Positions 37,692-48,767 of a stretch of DNA of 64,000 bases are shown piece by piece. How positions within the stretch are numbered: the first letter of the stretch is position 1; every line of letters begins with the position of its first letter. Below the pieces are notes generated by a model. It saw nothing but the letters and a program-made list of their open reading frames with translations, was not told the DNA's origin and searched no databases. The DNA comes from a virus. The translations under genes and the position numbers were made by a program. The DNA lies in the IMG/VR virus record IMGVR_UViG_3300021963_000074, positions 1-64,000 of that record, one strand, 5' to 3'.

Positions 37692-37924
37692 TTATTGTCT
37701 TTGCTAATATTAATTTTGTTTCCTAAATTTTGCTTCTTATAGACTTCATCTATACGTTTGCTATATTCTACTTTATAGCTTTCTAAAACCATAAGCATTT
37801 GCTGAATCATAGGTCCGTTCTGAGACCTATATACAAAATTTAGTTTTTTTGTTAAATCCTGAATGGTATTTTGCAATTCTTCAATTGTCTTACCACCTAG
37901 ATCGTTAATGAAAGGATGTTGCAT
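37688..37924 (-). CDS. Small coiled-coil hypothetical protein
   Basis: 78 aa; late promoter immediately upstream. Confidence 0.6.
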   Translation of the reverse strand: MQHPFINDLGGKTIEELQNTIQDLTKKLNFVYRSQNGPMIQQMLMVLESYKVEYSKRIDEVYKKQNLGNKINISKDNK

Positions 37925-37945
37925 TCACATATTTATATGTGAATG
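37922..37945 (-). promoter_or_regulatory. Late promoter TATAAATA in a hairpin that sequesters the start codon
   Basis: CATTCACATA...TATGTGAATG perfect inverted repeat. Confidence 0.7.
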
Positions 37946-37957
37946 TATTGATGGAAA

Positions 37958-38758
37958 TTAAACTGCGGTTAGTGCCACTTTGCCCCAAATAGTAGAAGAA
38001 CCATTATATGTACCTACGCACACATATAGATACGAACCGTCTGTGCAAATTTGACCAGGCCCATCTCCGGGTAATCCCAAACTTGTAGGTGCTCTAACTG
38101 GAATCTGACTTCCTTTTTGATTTCTATTTGTGGGTTGAACATCTAATGTTGTTCCACAATCTAGGGTAGAGAAGTTATATGTTAACTTAGTTACTCCATT
38201 TGGTATTGAAACTACGTTAGTATATGTGGTACTAGGAGTCACTGTACCATTTGAATAATAGTTTTCTAATAATCTAGCACTTGGTAACATACCAGCACTG
38301 ACATTCCCACCTACATTTACAGTTGAACTAGGGAATGTAATATACGCACTACTGTTAGCCACAGTTAACATCAATTGAACATTACTTTGTGTACCTGATG
38401 GGGCCCAACCACCAAATGAGATTGCTGTATTCTGCGTGATAGTTCCATACTGAACGTCGCCTTTACTCACATCAATAGTAACGGTACTCGGTAAATTACT
38501 TCCTAAGTTATAAGTTTTAGCACGGAAACCTTGAACGGCAGCATTACTTATCAAAGTATTTGCCATATCATTATTCAATGTAGAATTTGTAAGTGCAGAC
38601 TTTACAACTGCTTTAGATTGTAGGTCAGTTAACTCAGTACCAGCAGTATCTAGATTAGTTTTGATGCTGGTAAAATTATCTCTAAAACCCTGTGTGCTGT
38701 TGTTGACACCAGGTACTGGATAGGTAGTGTCAATTGAATTGGTGTTTATGTTGCTCAT
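37958..38758 (-). CDS. Putative structural/baseplate-associated protein
   Basis: QGFRDNF N-terminal motif; C-terminal GQICTDGSYLYVC fibre-type motif. Confidence 0.55.
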   Translation of the reverse strand: MSNINTNSIDTTYPVPGVNNSTQGFRDNFTSIKTNLDTAGTELTDLQSKAVVKSALTNSTLNNDMANTLISNAAVQGFRAKTYNLGSNLPSTVTIDVSKGDVQYGTITQNTAISFGGWAPSGTQSNVQLMLTVANSSAYITFPSSTVNVGGNVSAGMLPSARLLENYYSNGTVTPSTTYTNVVSIPNGVTKLTYNFSTLDCGTTLDVQPTNRNQKGSQIPVRAPTSLGLPGDGPGQICTDGSYLYVCVGTYNGSSTIWGKVALTAV

Positions 38759-38781
38759 TTTGTTATTCCGTTATGTATTTA

Positions 38782-40950
38782 TTACTCTATATTCTTAGGT
38801 AAAATAGTTTTTCTAGGAAATAGTACAGGAATGTCGTATACATTCATTGGATCTGGTGTAGGATAACCTCCTGGAAATTCATTCCAATTCGGCTTAACTA
38901 ATTTAACATTATAGTTAAAGGATGCGCTCTTGTCTATTATAAATCTATCAACAGAGAAATCAATTTCATTTAGTCTATGAGTCCAATAATTATCTATTAC
39001 ATATTTTATCATTTCGCTTTTACCAGGTAAAGTATATGCTATTACCCATGCTTGAACAAATCCTAAAGTATTCCCATCTGCCTGCTGTGAAGTCATCCAT
39101 CTTGGTAATAAACCTTGATCGTCAGTATATTCTAAGTGATTGGTTAGTTCTACTCGCATGTTTGTTAAACTAGCCGGATATAAATCTCTGATATATCCCG
39201 GACTATAACTAGTATAAATGCTTTCATCAGTAGTATATTTGTTATCATTGGAAACGTAATACGGGCCTTGATCCATACTTATTTTTCTAGGCCACTGTAT
39301 TTTAATAGGGATACTTACCCCTTCTGGGTTAATTAAGTCATCTATGATAGACGAATAAACTACTTCATATATAATTTCATTATTGCTATCCCTTGCTATA
39401 GCAGTTTTAATTTCACCTAATACTAATTTTCTGTTATAGTGATTTTTTTGTATAGCATTAATATAATGTGATAGGTCAGTAGAATCTACACCGTATATAT
39501 GTACATATTTTACTTCTGATGCTTTTCCAAAATAAGCATCATCAGGTCTATATAAGAAATTAGTAGGTATTAATTGTTCATTGGTTAATAACGAATTTAT
39601 AATTTGTCGTCCAGCTACATTTGGTGTAGCTTTTAGATATATGTTATCTGTTGGGTTAGCAAATTTTTGATATACTGTTAATGTAAATTCTCTAGTAGAC
39701 TGTACTACTGGAAACTGAGGATTATATGCCTGCACAGTAAAGGTGTATGTTGTCGAATCACCTTGCGATAATAAGGCACCTGTTGGTTGATAAGGTACTC
39801 TACCAGTTATTTGACCATTTTCTAATAAAGTTAGATTTGGTGGTAAACTTCCTGCCCTAAGGATATAACTTACATTTCTAACAGAAGTTGCTTCTAAGTA
39901 TAGTTCGCTTATTGAACCATTATTTATAATACCTAAATCACTTGAAGTAGTCCAAACAATATCTTGTTCAATGTGGTTGGTTACTATCATTGTATAGGTT
40001 TCAAAACTGCTTCGTATACTAGGTATATCTTTTTTACATACTGCTATATCAAAGGTGTACTTACTTATAGAATTATTTGGTAGAATGGGTGTACCAGTTA
40101 TCCAACCAGTATTCAAATCTCCAGTAAGTCCCGGAGGCAATACACCATACAAATACGTTAATGTATTTTTATCAAAATCATGACCTAATATCTTAAATGA
40201 AAAATATTCATTTGCTCTTACTGTAGGTATTTTATTATCTTCCGGTAAGTAATATGTATAGTACGGATCATTAACATCTAATGGTAGTTGCAACGGAGTA
40301 TTATTCAATATAACAGGCACTCTAGTGTTTGGTGGTCTATTGATATTTTGATTTCTAACTACAATACTAAATGATTTGCTATCATTGCCTGCTTGACTAA
40401 TTAATTGAACAGAAAAATTATAAGTCTCTGTAGTTGGGAAACCTAAAGCTGTTAGGGGTGGAGTAGGATAACCTTGAATTAATCCTGCATTGCTCATATA
40501 TAGACCAGGTGGCAGATTGCCAGATGATATTACTATCCCATACTCATTTGTTGCAACAGGATTGTATACCTGTATTTGATAATTTACATACACACTATCA
40601 AGGGTATTCAATAATTGTCCATTTGGAGTAGTGATGTGTACTCCTTGTAAACCATACACTCTAATAGAAAATGTTCTATCACGTATATTACCAAAATTGT
40701 CAGTAGCACGAACAGTAAATGTATAAGTTGTTTCTACAATAACATCTAATGGTTTGCCAGTAATATAGCCAGTATTATTTAACGTTACTAGATTTGATGT
40801 TATGCCAGGTGGCAATGTTCCATTAAGAAGCGTGTAAGTTACTGATATACTAGGGGACACGGGTTGTGCAACTAACTGAACCCCTAAATCAAAACCTGCA
40901 GGGAATACGCCTAAATCTCCTGCAGGGGTAATCCATACTGGTTGTGCCAT
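38782..40950 (-). CDS. Putative-Ig (He_PIG) repeat baseplate protein
   Basis: Repeated GxLPPGL...G.I.G.P...YxFxV units. Confidence 0.7.
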   Translation of the reverse strand: MAQPVWITPAGDLGVFPAGFDLGVQLVAQPVSPSISVTYTLLNGTLPPGITSNLVTLNNTGYITGKPLDVIVETTYTFTVRATDNFGNIRDRTFSIRVYGLQGVHITTPNGQLLNTLDSVYVNYQIQVYNPVATNEYGIVISSGNLPPGLYMSNAGLIQGYPTPPLTALGFPTTETYNFSVQLISQAGNDSKSFSIVVRNQNINRPPNTRVPVILNNTPLQLPLDVNDPYYTYYLPEDNKIPTVRANEYFSFKILGHDFDKNTLTYLYGVLPPGLTGDLNTGWITGTPILPNNSISKYTFDIAVCKKDIPSIRSSFETYTMIVTNHIEQDIVWTTSSDLGIINNGSISELYLEATSVRNVSYILRAGSLPPNLTLLENGQITGRVPYQPTGALLSQGDSTTYTFTVQAYNPQFPVVQSTREFTLTVYQKFANPTDNIYLKATPNVAGRQIINSLLTNEQLIPTNFLYRPDDAYFGKASEVKYVHIYGVDSTDLSHYINAIQKNHYNRKLVLGEIKTAIARDSNNEIIYEVVYSSIIDDLINPEGVSIPIKIQWPRKISMDQGPYYVSNDNKYTTDESIYTSYSPGYIRDLYPASLTNMRVELTNHLEYTDDQGLLPRWMTSQQADGNTLGFVQAWVIAYTLPGKSEMIKYVIDNYWTHRLNEIDFSVDRFIIDKSASFNYNVKLVKPNWNEFPGGYPTPDPMNVYDIPVLFPRKTILPKNIE

Positions 40951-40951
40951 A

Positions 40952-41578
40952 TTATCCGTGATGTTCTAATAAATCTAGTGCTAAGTGATAGTGATGTTTT
41001 CTATCTTCTAATCCAATAGTACCACCATTAATACGTTTGGTTAATGTTACAAAATCGTCCTTATCACAATATTGATTTAGATTATTATTATCCCAGAACC
41101 AACCAGCAGAACTAACTGCACCTGCCGGTGTTTCTAAATATGCAACAGTTTCTTCTATACTGATTCCCAAATCTTCTGCAAACTTTGTATAGTTAGCACG
41201 ACCAGTCAATTGAATCAACCCACGACCACAGAATCTATATCCATCGCCGCTAGCTTCATCACCGTTAGCCATACGATTTGCGTATACACGATTAGCAATC
41301 TTTTCTGGTTTGCGTTCATATTGTTTTGCTAAATCTTCTGTAGGGAAATACTTTTTAAAAGTCCCCATCAATCCTTTAGCACTGTAGTTTAGATTCTCTT
41401 TAACAAAGTTAAAGCCACCACTTTCATGTGCAGTTTGTGCTACAAATGCTGCCGCACGATGCATGTTTACATACATATCGTAATATTCAGCTACTTCGTG
41501 TAAAGGTCCTGCATATAATTGCAATACGTTTACCTTTGTTTTTGGGCATAATTTTTGTAATAATTCTAATGTTATCAT
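40952..41578 (-). CDS. Glycoside hydrolase family 19 endolysin
   Basis: AAFVAQTAHES, ENLNYS, IANRVYANRMAN, GRGLIQLTGRANY, TKRINGG. Confidence 0.9.
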   Translation of the reverse strand: MITLELLQKLCPKTKVNVLQLYAGPLHEVAEYYDMYVNMHRAAAFVAQTAHESGGFNFVKENLNYSAKGLMGTFKKYFPTEDLAKQYERKPEKIANRVYANRMANGDEASGDGYRFCGRGLIQLTGRANYTKFAEDLGISIEETVAYLETPAGAVSSAGWFWDNNNLNQYCDKDDFVTLTKRINGGTIGLEDRKHHYHLALDLLEHHG

Positions 41579-41587
41579 TGTATTTCC

Positions 41588-44500
41588 TTATCCATAAACT
41601 CCAACCATTGTGTACCATTGTGAGGTAGTGGCTGCTACTATCATTAATCTTGCTCCTGCCCCTAATGGGAAAGATATATTGGTTGTTAAACCATCAATCT
41701 GTGATCCGTTTGCCGGAAACACTTTAAGAGTAGATGCTGTCGTATTAATAATAATAACTTGTTGACCAACTGTAGCTCCTGGCAATCTTACAGAATCATT
41801 AACTCCAGGATTAACAGTGCCTATAACATTGATTGATTTAGTTAATGCAGTAGCTCCTGCAAGTGTAGTTCCTGAAGCTGAAATTCCTGATTGAACACTA
41901 ACTAATACTTTGCTAAATGTAGCATCTTGATCTGTTGCAGTTAATGCTCCAGATAATGTCAATCCAGTTAGTGTACCCGTACTTGTAATATTTGGTTGTG
42001 CAGCACTTGTTACTGTTGTTGAAATTAGTGCATTGGCTACTTGACCAACAATACTACCTGCTTGTAAGTTGGTTATACTAGCACCATTTCCACTAAACAA
42101 TGTTGCAGTAAATGTGTTGCCACTAACATTACCAGTAGCACCTGCATTGATATCACCTGTAGTATTAATTGAACCTATGTTTGCAACACCTTGCAATATC
42201 ATTTGTGTGCCAGATGTTCTTGCAAACCCACCTAGAGTTACTACACCACTGGTGCTATTGTTATATGTAACGTGCGTAGTATTTGAACTAGCGACTGTTA
42301 CTGTCCCATTAAACCCAGCTGGTGCTAAACCACTAACAATAATAGTTGTTCCAGTTGGGAACGGTGGGATAGTTTGTGTCGTAGAGAAAGCTAAAGTTGC
42401 AACTGATCCATTACCACTAGAACCCGATGCTTGAATCTGTACATTATAACCAATATTTACAGCACCTGCTGTGGTTATACCTGCATTTGCTGTAACTCTA
42501 TCCATTGATGCGTTACCACTAACTGATAGATAACCACGTGATATTAAATTACCACCGGAACTATCACCAGTGACGTTAGCAGAAGTAAGATTTGCATTTC
42601 CTATATTTGCGTTTGCGCCATTCAAGTTTAAGAAACCACTGCTACTCATTGTAATAAAGTTAGCAGTAGCCACATTTGATTGAAAACTTGCAGCCTCAAG
42701 ATTTATTATACTAGCATTACCTCTAATATTTAAAGATGTTCCACCTGTACGAATACGACCTAACGCACCAGAAGCACCTGAGGTAGTATCACTATATTTT
42801 ACAAATCCTACGTTAGCTTCTGTTACTACGAATTCTCCATTGTACGCAGTTGTTGCTACACCACTAATGATTACGTTGCTTCCTACTGGGAAAGGAGGGA
42901 AACTCTGTGCAGAATAATTTGCAGTTACAACTGATCCAGTACCAGCGATTGCAGTAAGACTTAAATTTGCACCTACAGTTAATGATGAACCAATAGTAGC
43001 ATTCTGATTAATAGTTATTGTACCACTAGCAGATATATTTCCACCTGCAGAAATATTTGTATTAGCAGTTAGATTACCTGCCGTAGTAGTACCAGTAACA
43101 CTTAGAGTACTTTGTATTTCCATGCTCTGTGCATTTGCAATACCATTAATCAACATTGCATTACTGTTTAATGTTCCAAAGTTAGCCGTAGCTGATTGAG
43201 CATTTAATGTTGCCCCTAGTACTTCAAGGCTAGACATAGTTGCATTACCTTGAACACGCAGTCCTAATCCACCTGTTATTATTCTTGCTGACGCTACACC
43301 ACCAGTACCTGATGTACTACTTGTAAATGTAACCGCAGTGAGATTTCCAGATACAGCAGTATATGTTCCGTTATAACCAGTTGTAGTTGTTACACCTGAT
43401 ATTACTACTGTCCCGCCAGCTGGGAAAGGTATAGTACTTTGAGAAGTAAATGTAACTGTTACTAGATTTGTTGGTCCACCTGTACCACTGATTGCTGATA
43501 TTGCTAAATTTGCACCAACGTTAACGCTAGATGCAATACTTGCAGTATTTTGAATGACTAAAGAATTATTTGATACAATGTTTCCTATTGTAGCATTGCC
43601 TACTACTGTCAAGAATTGACCAATATTAGCATTTGCACTGGTCATATTTCCGATAACATTTAGTAGTTGTGATTCCATTCTGGTTGCACCAGTTAGTTCA
43701 CCATTCAATGCAATAGCTGTAGTTTCTACTGAATTCAAATTAGCTACAGAGTTTACTCTTAATGTGCCGCCAGTTTCTAAATTGCCAGCTGTAACTTTGC
43801 CTGTAGCAGATATTAAACCCACTGATGTAATATTACCTAATGAAGTATTGCCGGCAGACAATGTGCCGGCAGTCGATAATGCGGCTGCACTTAATATATT
43901 TGCTGTTATATTTCCTGTAGTTGTCTCACCTAGTGTAGTAGTGCCGGCATTTAGTGCACCGCTTGTAGATAACCCAAGCGCACTAAAGTAATTTGCTGTT
44001 ACATTACCTGTAGTAGTATCACCTAATGTAGTGGTACCCGCAGTCAATGTACCACTAGTAGATAGATTACCACCAGTTAAAGTACCAGTCGCACTTAATA
44101 TATTTGCAGTTAATGTCCCTGAAACAAATGCATTTAATGTATCAACATTACCAGTTGTAGTAATATTTGCACCAGACACGTTTCCGGTTGCAGATATATA
44201 TGATCCTGCAGTAATAAATGTACTTGCAGCCATACTAGCACTTGTTGCTAATGTTGCGGCTGAAACAAATCCGCTAGTAGTTAAATTGCCTACGTTAGCA
44301 TTACCGTCTACTCGTAATACACCACTAGCAACTAAGTTTGCACCTTCAACGTTACCTGATACACTTACTATGGTACCATCAACCCTAGTAGTGGTTATAT
44401 TTCCTACACTTGCATTACCAATTACGGTTAAGAATCCGTTTGTTACTATGTTGCCACCACCTCGTACTCTGCCTAATGTTACAACTGATGTAGTAATTGC

Positions 44501-46024
44501 ACTAGTAACTGCTGCCGTAGATGTGGTACCTGCAAGAACTGTCCATACTCCGTTATAAGAAGTAGGAGACATACCAGTGACATTGATAGTTGTCCCAGTA
44601 TCAAAAGGTATAATATCTTGTGTAGCAAAGTTTAAAATAAATCTGTTAATACCGTATGTAACAGATGTAATTGCTAAGTTAGCACCAGAACTTACACCTG
44701 CACTAGTTGATACAATACCAACCGTGAATACATTAGCACCTATAATATTACCTGATGCTGTTACTTGAGTAACTCCTAAATTACCTACGTTGGCATTTCC
44801 AGTTACTGACAATGCTCCGGATGTAGTAAGATTACCGCCAGACACGTTACCTGAAATACTTAACAAGTTACTTGCTCTATTGAAAGTCAAGCCCGGAACT
44901 GCGGCTGCATTACCGTTATCGTTAAATGTAATTTGCCCGTCTGAACCCGGGGCCTGTAATGTAGCATCACCTGTTACCGTAACGCCGCCACCAGTAATTG
45001 TTGTTTGATTTACCCCTGAGCCAACTGTAATACTAGTAACCGCTAATGCACCAGCATCAATATCACCAACAACCGATAACGTTCCTCCTGTAGTTACATT
45101 GCCCACCACTGCTAAATCAGTCAATGGGCCTAAACTTGTAACTAATGGTTGATTTGGAGTATTGATAGTACCAGTTAAATAAACGGCAGTTAAATTACCT
45201 ACATTAATGTTGTTATTAACAACTACGCTTTGCATAACAACGGCGCCACCTGATTCTTCTATTGTTGCGCCACCTAATCTTAATGTATTTCCACTTAACC
45301 ACAAATCTTTCCATCTTTGTGTTTCACTACCCAAATCATATTGATTATTTCCAGCTGGTACAAAGTTACCAGTTACATTACCACTAACCAATAAGTTGCC
45401 AGCAGTAATATTAGCACTATTAATATTACCAGTAACTGTAATATTACCACCATTAATAGTAGTTGAAGTAAGAGTACTAGCTACGGTTACGTTTGTAAAA
45501 TTTATAGTAGTTGTGTTTGACCCAATAGTTTGAGAACCTAAGTACAATGTAGAGCCACTTAAGTATAAATCTCTCCAGCGATTAGTAGGAGTACCTAAAT
45601 CATATGTTATATTTGCACTAGGTACTAATGCTGATGTTACAAAATTAGCTACATTTAAATTACTTGTGCGTACATTACCTGATAGATTTGCATTCCCCGT
45701 AGTAATAGTATTAGCTAAATTCAATACGAAAGGTGTGTTATAACTTGAACTGGTCGCTGTATTACTTGTGGCAGCGCCAATGCCGACTAATAAGCTATTA
45801 GATGTATTAATACTAATATTAGGAAAAGAAGTTGTAATATAAATATTACCAGTTGTTCTATTCTGTGCAAGTCCGGGACCTACTGTAACTTCTGACACAC
45901 CTGAAGTTAATGTAGTGTTGTATAAATCTGAAAAGTTGTTTTGTATTTTTTGGAATGCCGCTCGAATTGGGTCCGCCGCTGGATCATTAGGGAAACTACC
46001 AAAATCAATAAATTGTTGGGCCAT
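41588..46024 (-). CDS. Long fibre protein with gp9/gp10-like baseplate-anchoring N-terminus
   Basis: DPIRAAFQKIQNNFSDLY; YDLG...RWRDLYL repeats; four internal ~70-aa repeats. Confidence 0.75.
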   Translation of the reverse strand: MAQQFIDFGSFPNDPAADPIRAAFQKIQNNFSDLYNTTLTSGVSEVTVGPGLAQNRTTGNIYITTSFPNISINTSNSLLVGIGAATSNTATSSSYNTPFVLNLANTITTGNANLSGNVRTSNLNVANFVTSALVPSANITYDLGTPTNRWRDLYLSGSTLYLGSQTIGSNTTTINFTNVTVASTLTSTTINGGNITVTGNINSANITAGNLLVSGNVTGNFVPAGNNQYDLGSETQRWKDLWLSGNTLRLGGATIEESGGAVVMQSVVVNNNINVGNLTAVYLTGTINTPNQPLVTSLGPLTDLAVVGNVTTGGTLSVVGDIDAGALAVTSITVGSGVNQTTITGGGVTVTGDATLQAPGSDGQITFNDNGNAAAVPGLTFNRASNLLSISGNVSGGNLTTSGALSVTGNANVGNLGVTQVTASGNIIGANVFTVGIVSTSAGVSSGANLAITSVTYGINRFILNFATQDIIPFDTGTTINVTGMSPTSYNGVWTVLAGTTSTAAVTSAITTSVVTLGRVRGGGNIVTNGFLTVIGNASVGNITTTRVDGTIVSVSGNVEGANLVASGVLRVDGNANVGNLTTSGFVSAATLATSASMAASTFITAGSYISATGNVSGANITTTGNVDTLNAFVSGTLTANILSATGTLTGGNLSTSGTLTAGTTTLGDTTTGNVTANYFSALGLSTSGALNAGTTTLGETTTGNITANILSAAALSTAGTLSAGNTSLGNITSVGLISATGKVTAGNLETGGTLRVNSVANLNSVETTAIALNGELTGATRMESQLLNVIGNMTSANANIGQFLTVVGNATIGNIVSNNSLVIQNTASIASSVNVGANLAISAISGTGGPTNLVTVTFTSQSTIPFPAGGTVVISGVTTTTGYNGTYTAVSGNLTAVTFTSSTSGTGGVASARIITGGLGLRVQGNATMSSLEVLGATLNAQSATANFGTLNSNAMLINGIANAQSMEIQSTLSVTGTTTAGNLTANTNISAGGNISASGTITINQNATIGSSLTVGANLSLTAIAGTGSVVTANYSAQSFPPFPVGSNVIISGVATTAYNGEFVVTEANVGFVKYSDTTSGASGALGRIRTGGTSLNIRGNASIINLEAASFQSNVATANFITMSSSGFLNLNGANANIGNANLTSANVTGDSSGGNLISRGYLSVSGNASMDRVTANAGITTAGAVNIGYNVQIQASGSSGNGSVATLAFSTTQTIPPFPTGTTIIVSGLAPAGFNGTVTVASSNTTHVTYNNSTSGVVTLGGFARTSGTQMILQGVANIGSINTTGDINAGATGNVSGNTFTATLFSGNGASITNLQAGSIVGQVANALISTTVTSAAQPNITSTGTLTGLTLSGALTATDQDATFSKVLVSVQSGISASGTTLAGATALTKSINVIGTVNPGVNDSVRLPGATVGQQVIIINTTASTLKVFPANGSQIDGLTTNISFPLGAGARLMIVAATTSQWYTMVGVYG

Positions 46025-46077
46025 GTCTATATCTACCTTATTAAGTATTTATCGTTTTTAAATTAGATGTAGCATCC

Positions 46078-46106
46078 AAAAAAATAGCCCGGCGAACCAG
46101 GCTATT
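46078..46106 (-). terminator. Rho-independent terminator
   Basis: AATAGCCTGG-TTCG-CCGGGCTATT followed by a T-tract on the minus strand. Confidence 0.85.
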
Positions 46107-46122
46107 AAAAATACGGTTTTTA

Positions 46123-48549
46123 TTATTTTATACCGCTTAATTTCTTCCACTCGTTTAGAGATTCTCTAACTGAAACACGGGTCGGATTCCCTACTGTTTG
46201 GTCTGATTTCATCTTATGTAAATCACCACCCATTGATAACAATGCTTTTAGTTTCATTAATTCTGTATCACCCATAGCATCACCGCCTGCGTCATTTGAG
46301 AAACCTTCTTCTACTTGTTCTTCACATGTATGACCTTCATACATCATTCCACCGCATTCATTACACATTTCGTGGTCATGACCTTCTTTAACTTTTTCCA
46401 TGTCCCCATCACCGTCTAAGTCGGCTTCTTCTTTACCTTGGGCACGTGCTTTTGCTAGATTACCAGTAAACTTATTACCTTCTTCTACGTCATCTTCTTT
46501 GACTGGATATTGTTTTCCACCTACAGAGAATTTTTGACCTTTGTCAGGAATATTGTCTGATTTTGCTTTAGCTACTGCACCTGAGAAAGCATTGCCTTCG
46601 TCAGTTTTTTCTTCCTCACCGGAATCTTCTGCGTCATCTTGTTGTTCATCACCTTCTTCGTCACCGGCTGGTTGTAATGCAGTATCATCAGAACCTGCTT
46701 CATCTTCATAGTCTTGTGAACCTTCTTCACCACCCATATCAATACCTGACATTTTCTTAATCAATGCTAGCATATCACTATCATCACCAACTACGTCAGG
46801 ACTCATTTGTGGTTCAGTACCAGTACCTGTTGGTTCTTCTTCACCTTGAGATACTACACCATAACCAACTGCAGGCTTGTCGTTTCCACCAAACACACCA
46901 ATACCAGCGTTACGCAATACGCCCATTAGTTGTTCTGCATCAGCGTCAGTAGCACTAATGGTTACTGAATCTGGAGCACCTTGTTGTCCTGTACTGCTAG
47001 AAACAGTGATACCTTCATTTAGAATGTTGTTTAGCTGATTTTCCCAGCTTTCATATTGTACGTCTTTCATTTCTTCTGTGCTTTCTAATCTAGTTTTTGG
47101 TTTACGCAATCCTGATATAAAATTAACTGCTCTATCGGTTGCGGCATTAATAGGATCTACACTCCACGGAGTTGGCTTTTCAACTGGTTTATTAGTAGCT
47201 TGAATTCTACTAGGCTTAAACATACTAATATCGCCTGGCTTGCTATCCATACCATGTGTTGTATGTAAATCTTTACTTGGATGAGGAATTAAATCACCTT
47301 CTTCTAAACTTTCGTCAAAGTTAACAAAGCCAAAGTGTTCTAAGGCCGCATCACGCATCTGGTCTTTATAAGAACCTGCCATGCTTCTGAATCTACCATG
47401 TGCTAATGTCTTATTGATTACAGATGTTGCTAATGCTTTATCTTTTAATTCCATTGCAGGTTTGATGTTATAACCTTTTGGTCCTAATTCTAACTCGTCA
47501 AAGAACTTAGTCATTTGTTCTTTTTGACCTTCTGTTAATACCACATCAGTAGCTTCTAGACTCTCATGCATTTTATCTTCTTTACTACTATACTTAGCAC
47601 GAATGTTTTGCTTAGTCTTTTCGCTAGCATGTTTTTGTCCAGCTTGTCGTAATGCATTCATACCATCTTTGCCGTATTTCTTGTTACCCAAATATGCTTG
47701 TAATCCTGATTCATCAACTGCATCTTCAGCCATTGTTTGATCATCAGTATTCAAACTCATTTCACCTTTACCAATTGACTGTTTAATCTGTGCAGCCAAC
47801 TGAGGATTATTAACTGTGCCTAATGTTTTATTGCCTTGCTGAATAACTTGTGTGTTAGTTTGACTAGCTGGTTTGATTTGAACAGGTTGTTGCGTGTTCA
47901 TATCTTCATCTACACCTTTGTGTATTCCAATGCCTTGGTTACTACCAGGAGTTATTCCTTTAGCACGTGCGTCTTTTACTGCGGCTGCGGCTGCATTTCT
48001 GTGTGCTTGTGTTTGAGGGTTGTGAATCCAATCTGAGTCTGGATTGGCTGCTTTACGTCCGGCAACTTGGCTTGCACTTTTGTAACGTACCGTGCTACCT
48101 TTATGTCCAGGCATACCTGTTTTCCCAGTAGGGTCTCTATAAGCTATACGCACTGCTTCTTCAACACTTTGTTCACCTTCATTAACTATTGTAGTTTGAA
48201 GTTCATCAATATATTCTTTTAAGCTGTGCTTTTTAGAAACTTTACCAACTTCTTTCTTTGGCTTCTTACCGCCACCAAATACATCACCAACGCTAGTAGT
48301 GTCATATTTCTTTACTTCACCAGAATCATCTGCACCCTTTTTAGGGCGGCCGCGGCCCTTTTTAGGTGCTTCTTTTTTAGCTTCAGCATCTTTATTAATT
48401 TTACCGACTTTATGTCCGTATTGGTCGCGTACATCTTCTTTACCATGACTTGAACCGTAATCACCTTTATGGACTCGTCCTTTTGGTGTTTCTTTTGTTT
48501 CACCTTCGGAAAGGGAACTCATTGCTTGTAATAGGTTTCTAAAATCCAT
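46123..48549 (-). CDS. Acidic/low-complexity modular protein, probably prohead core/internal protein
   Basis: Many (L/V/I)-x-E sites (LSE, LKE, VNE, VEE, VDE, LTE, LNE); AT-hook KGRGRPKK; DLDGDGD loop; CxxC...HxC; two EGNxFxGxxAKA repeats. Confidence 0.55.
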   Translation of the reverse strand: MDFRNLLQAMSSLSEGETKETPKGRVHKGDYGSSHGKEDVRDQYGHKVGKINKDAEAKKEAPKKGRGRPKKGADDSGEVKKYDTTSVGDVFGGGKKPKKEVGKVSKKHSLKEYIDELQTTIVNEGEQSVEEAVRIAYRDPTGKTGMPGHKGSTVRYKSASQVAGRKAANPDSDWIHNPQTQAHRNAAAAAVKDARAKGITPGSNQGIGIHKGVDEDMNTQQPVQIKPASQTNTQVIQQGNKTLGTVNNPQLAAQIKQSIGKGEMSLNTDDQTMAEDAVDESGLQAYLGNKKYGKDGMNALRQAGQKHASEKTKQNIRAKYSSKEDKMHESLEATDVVLTEGQKEQMTKFFDELELGPKGYNIKPAMELKDKALATSVINKTLAHGRFRSMAGSYKDQMRDAALEHFGFVNFDESLEEGDLIPHPSKDLHTTHGMDSKPGDISMFKPSRIQATNKPVEKPTPWSVDPINAATDRAVNFISGLRKPKTRLESTEEMKDVQYESWENQLNNILNEGITVSSSTGQQGAPDSVTISATDADAEQLMGVLRNAGIGVFGGNDKPAVGYGVVSQGEEEPTGTGTEPQMSPDVVGDDSDMLALIKKMSGIDMGGEEGSQDYEDEAGSDDTALQPAGDEEGDEQQDDAEDSGEEEKTDEGNAFSGAVAKAKSDNIPDKGQKFSVGGKQYPVKEDDVEEGNKFTGNLAKARAQGKEEADLDGDGDMEKVKEGHDHEMCNECGGMMYEGHTCEEQVEEGFSNDAGGDAMGDTELMKLKALLSMGGDLHKMKSDQTVGNPTRVSVRESLNEWKKLSGIK

Positions 48550-48767
48550 TATCGTGATCCTCGTTTATCTAATTTATCTTCCATACGTGTAAGTTGTCTT
48601 TGCAACTCTACAATTCGTTCGTTTGTATCTTCAACTTTTGCATGTGTTACAGCAACTTTTTTGTCAATGTTTTTTACATTGTCATTCATTGTAATGTATC
48701 CCGTGCCACCTATTCCCATGGCCCCAACCAAAATCCATGTAAGTTGACCGGTGTTGAATTCGATCAT
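48549..48767 (-). CDS. Small single-TM coiled-coil protein
   Basis: N-terminal hydrophobic helix followed by a heptad coiled coil. Confidence 0.55.
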   Translation of the reverse strand: MIEFNTGQLTWILVGAMGIGGTGYITMNDNVKNIDKKVAVTHAKVEDTNERIVELQRQLTRMEDKLDKRGSR

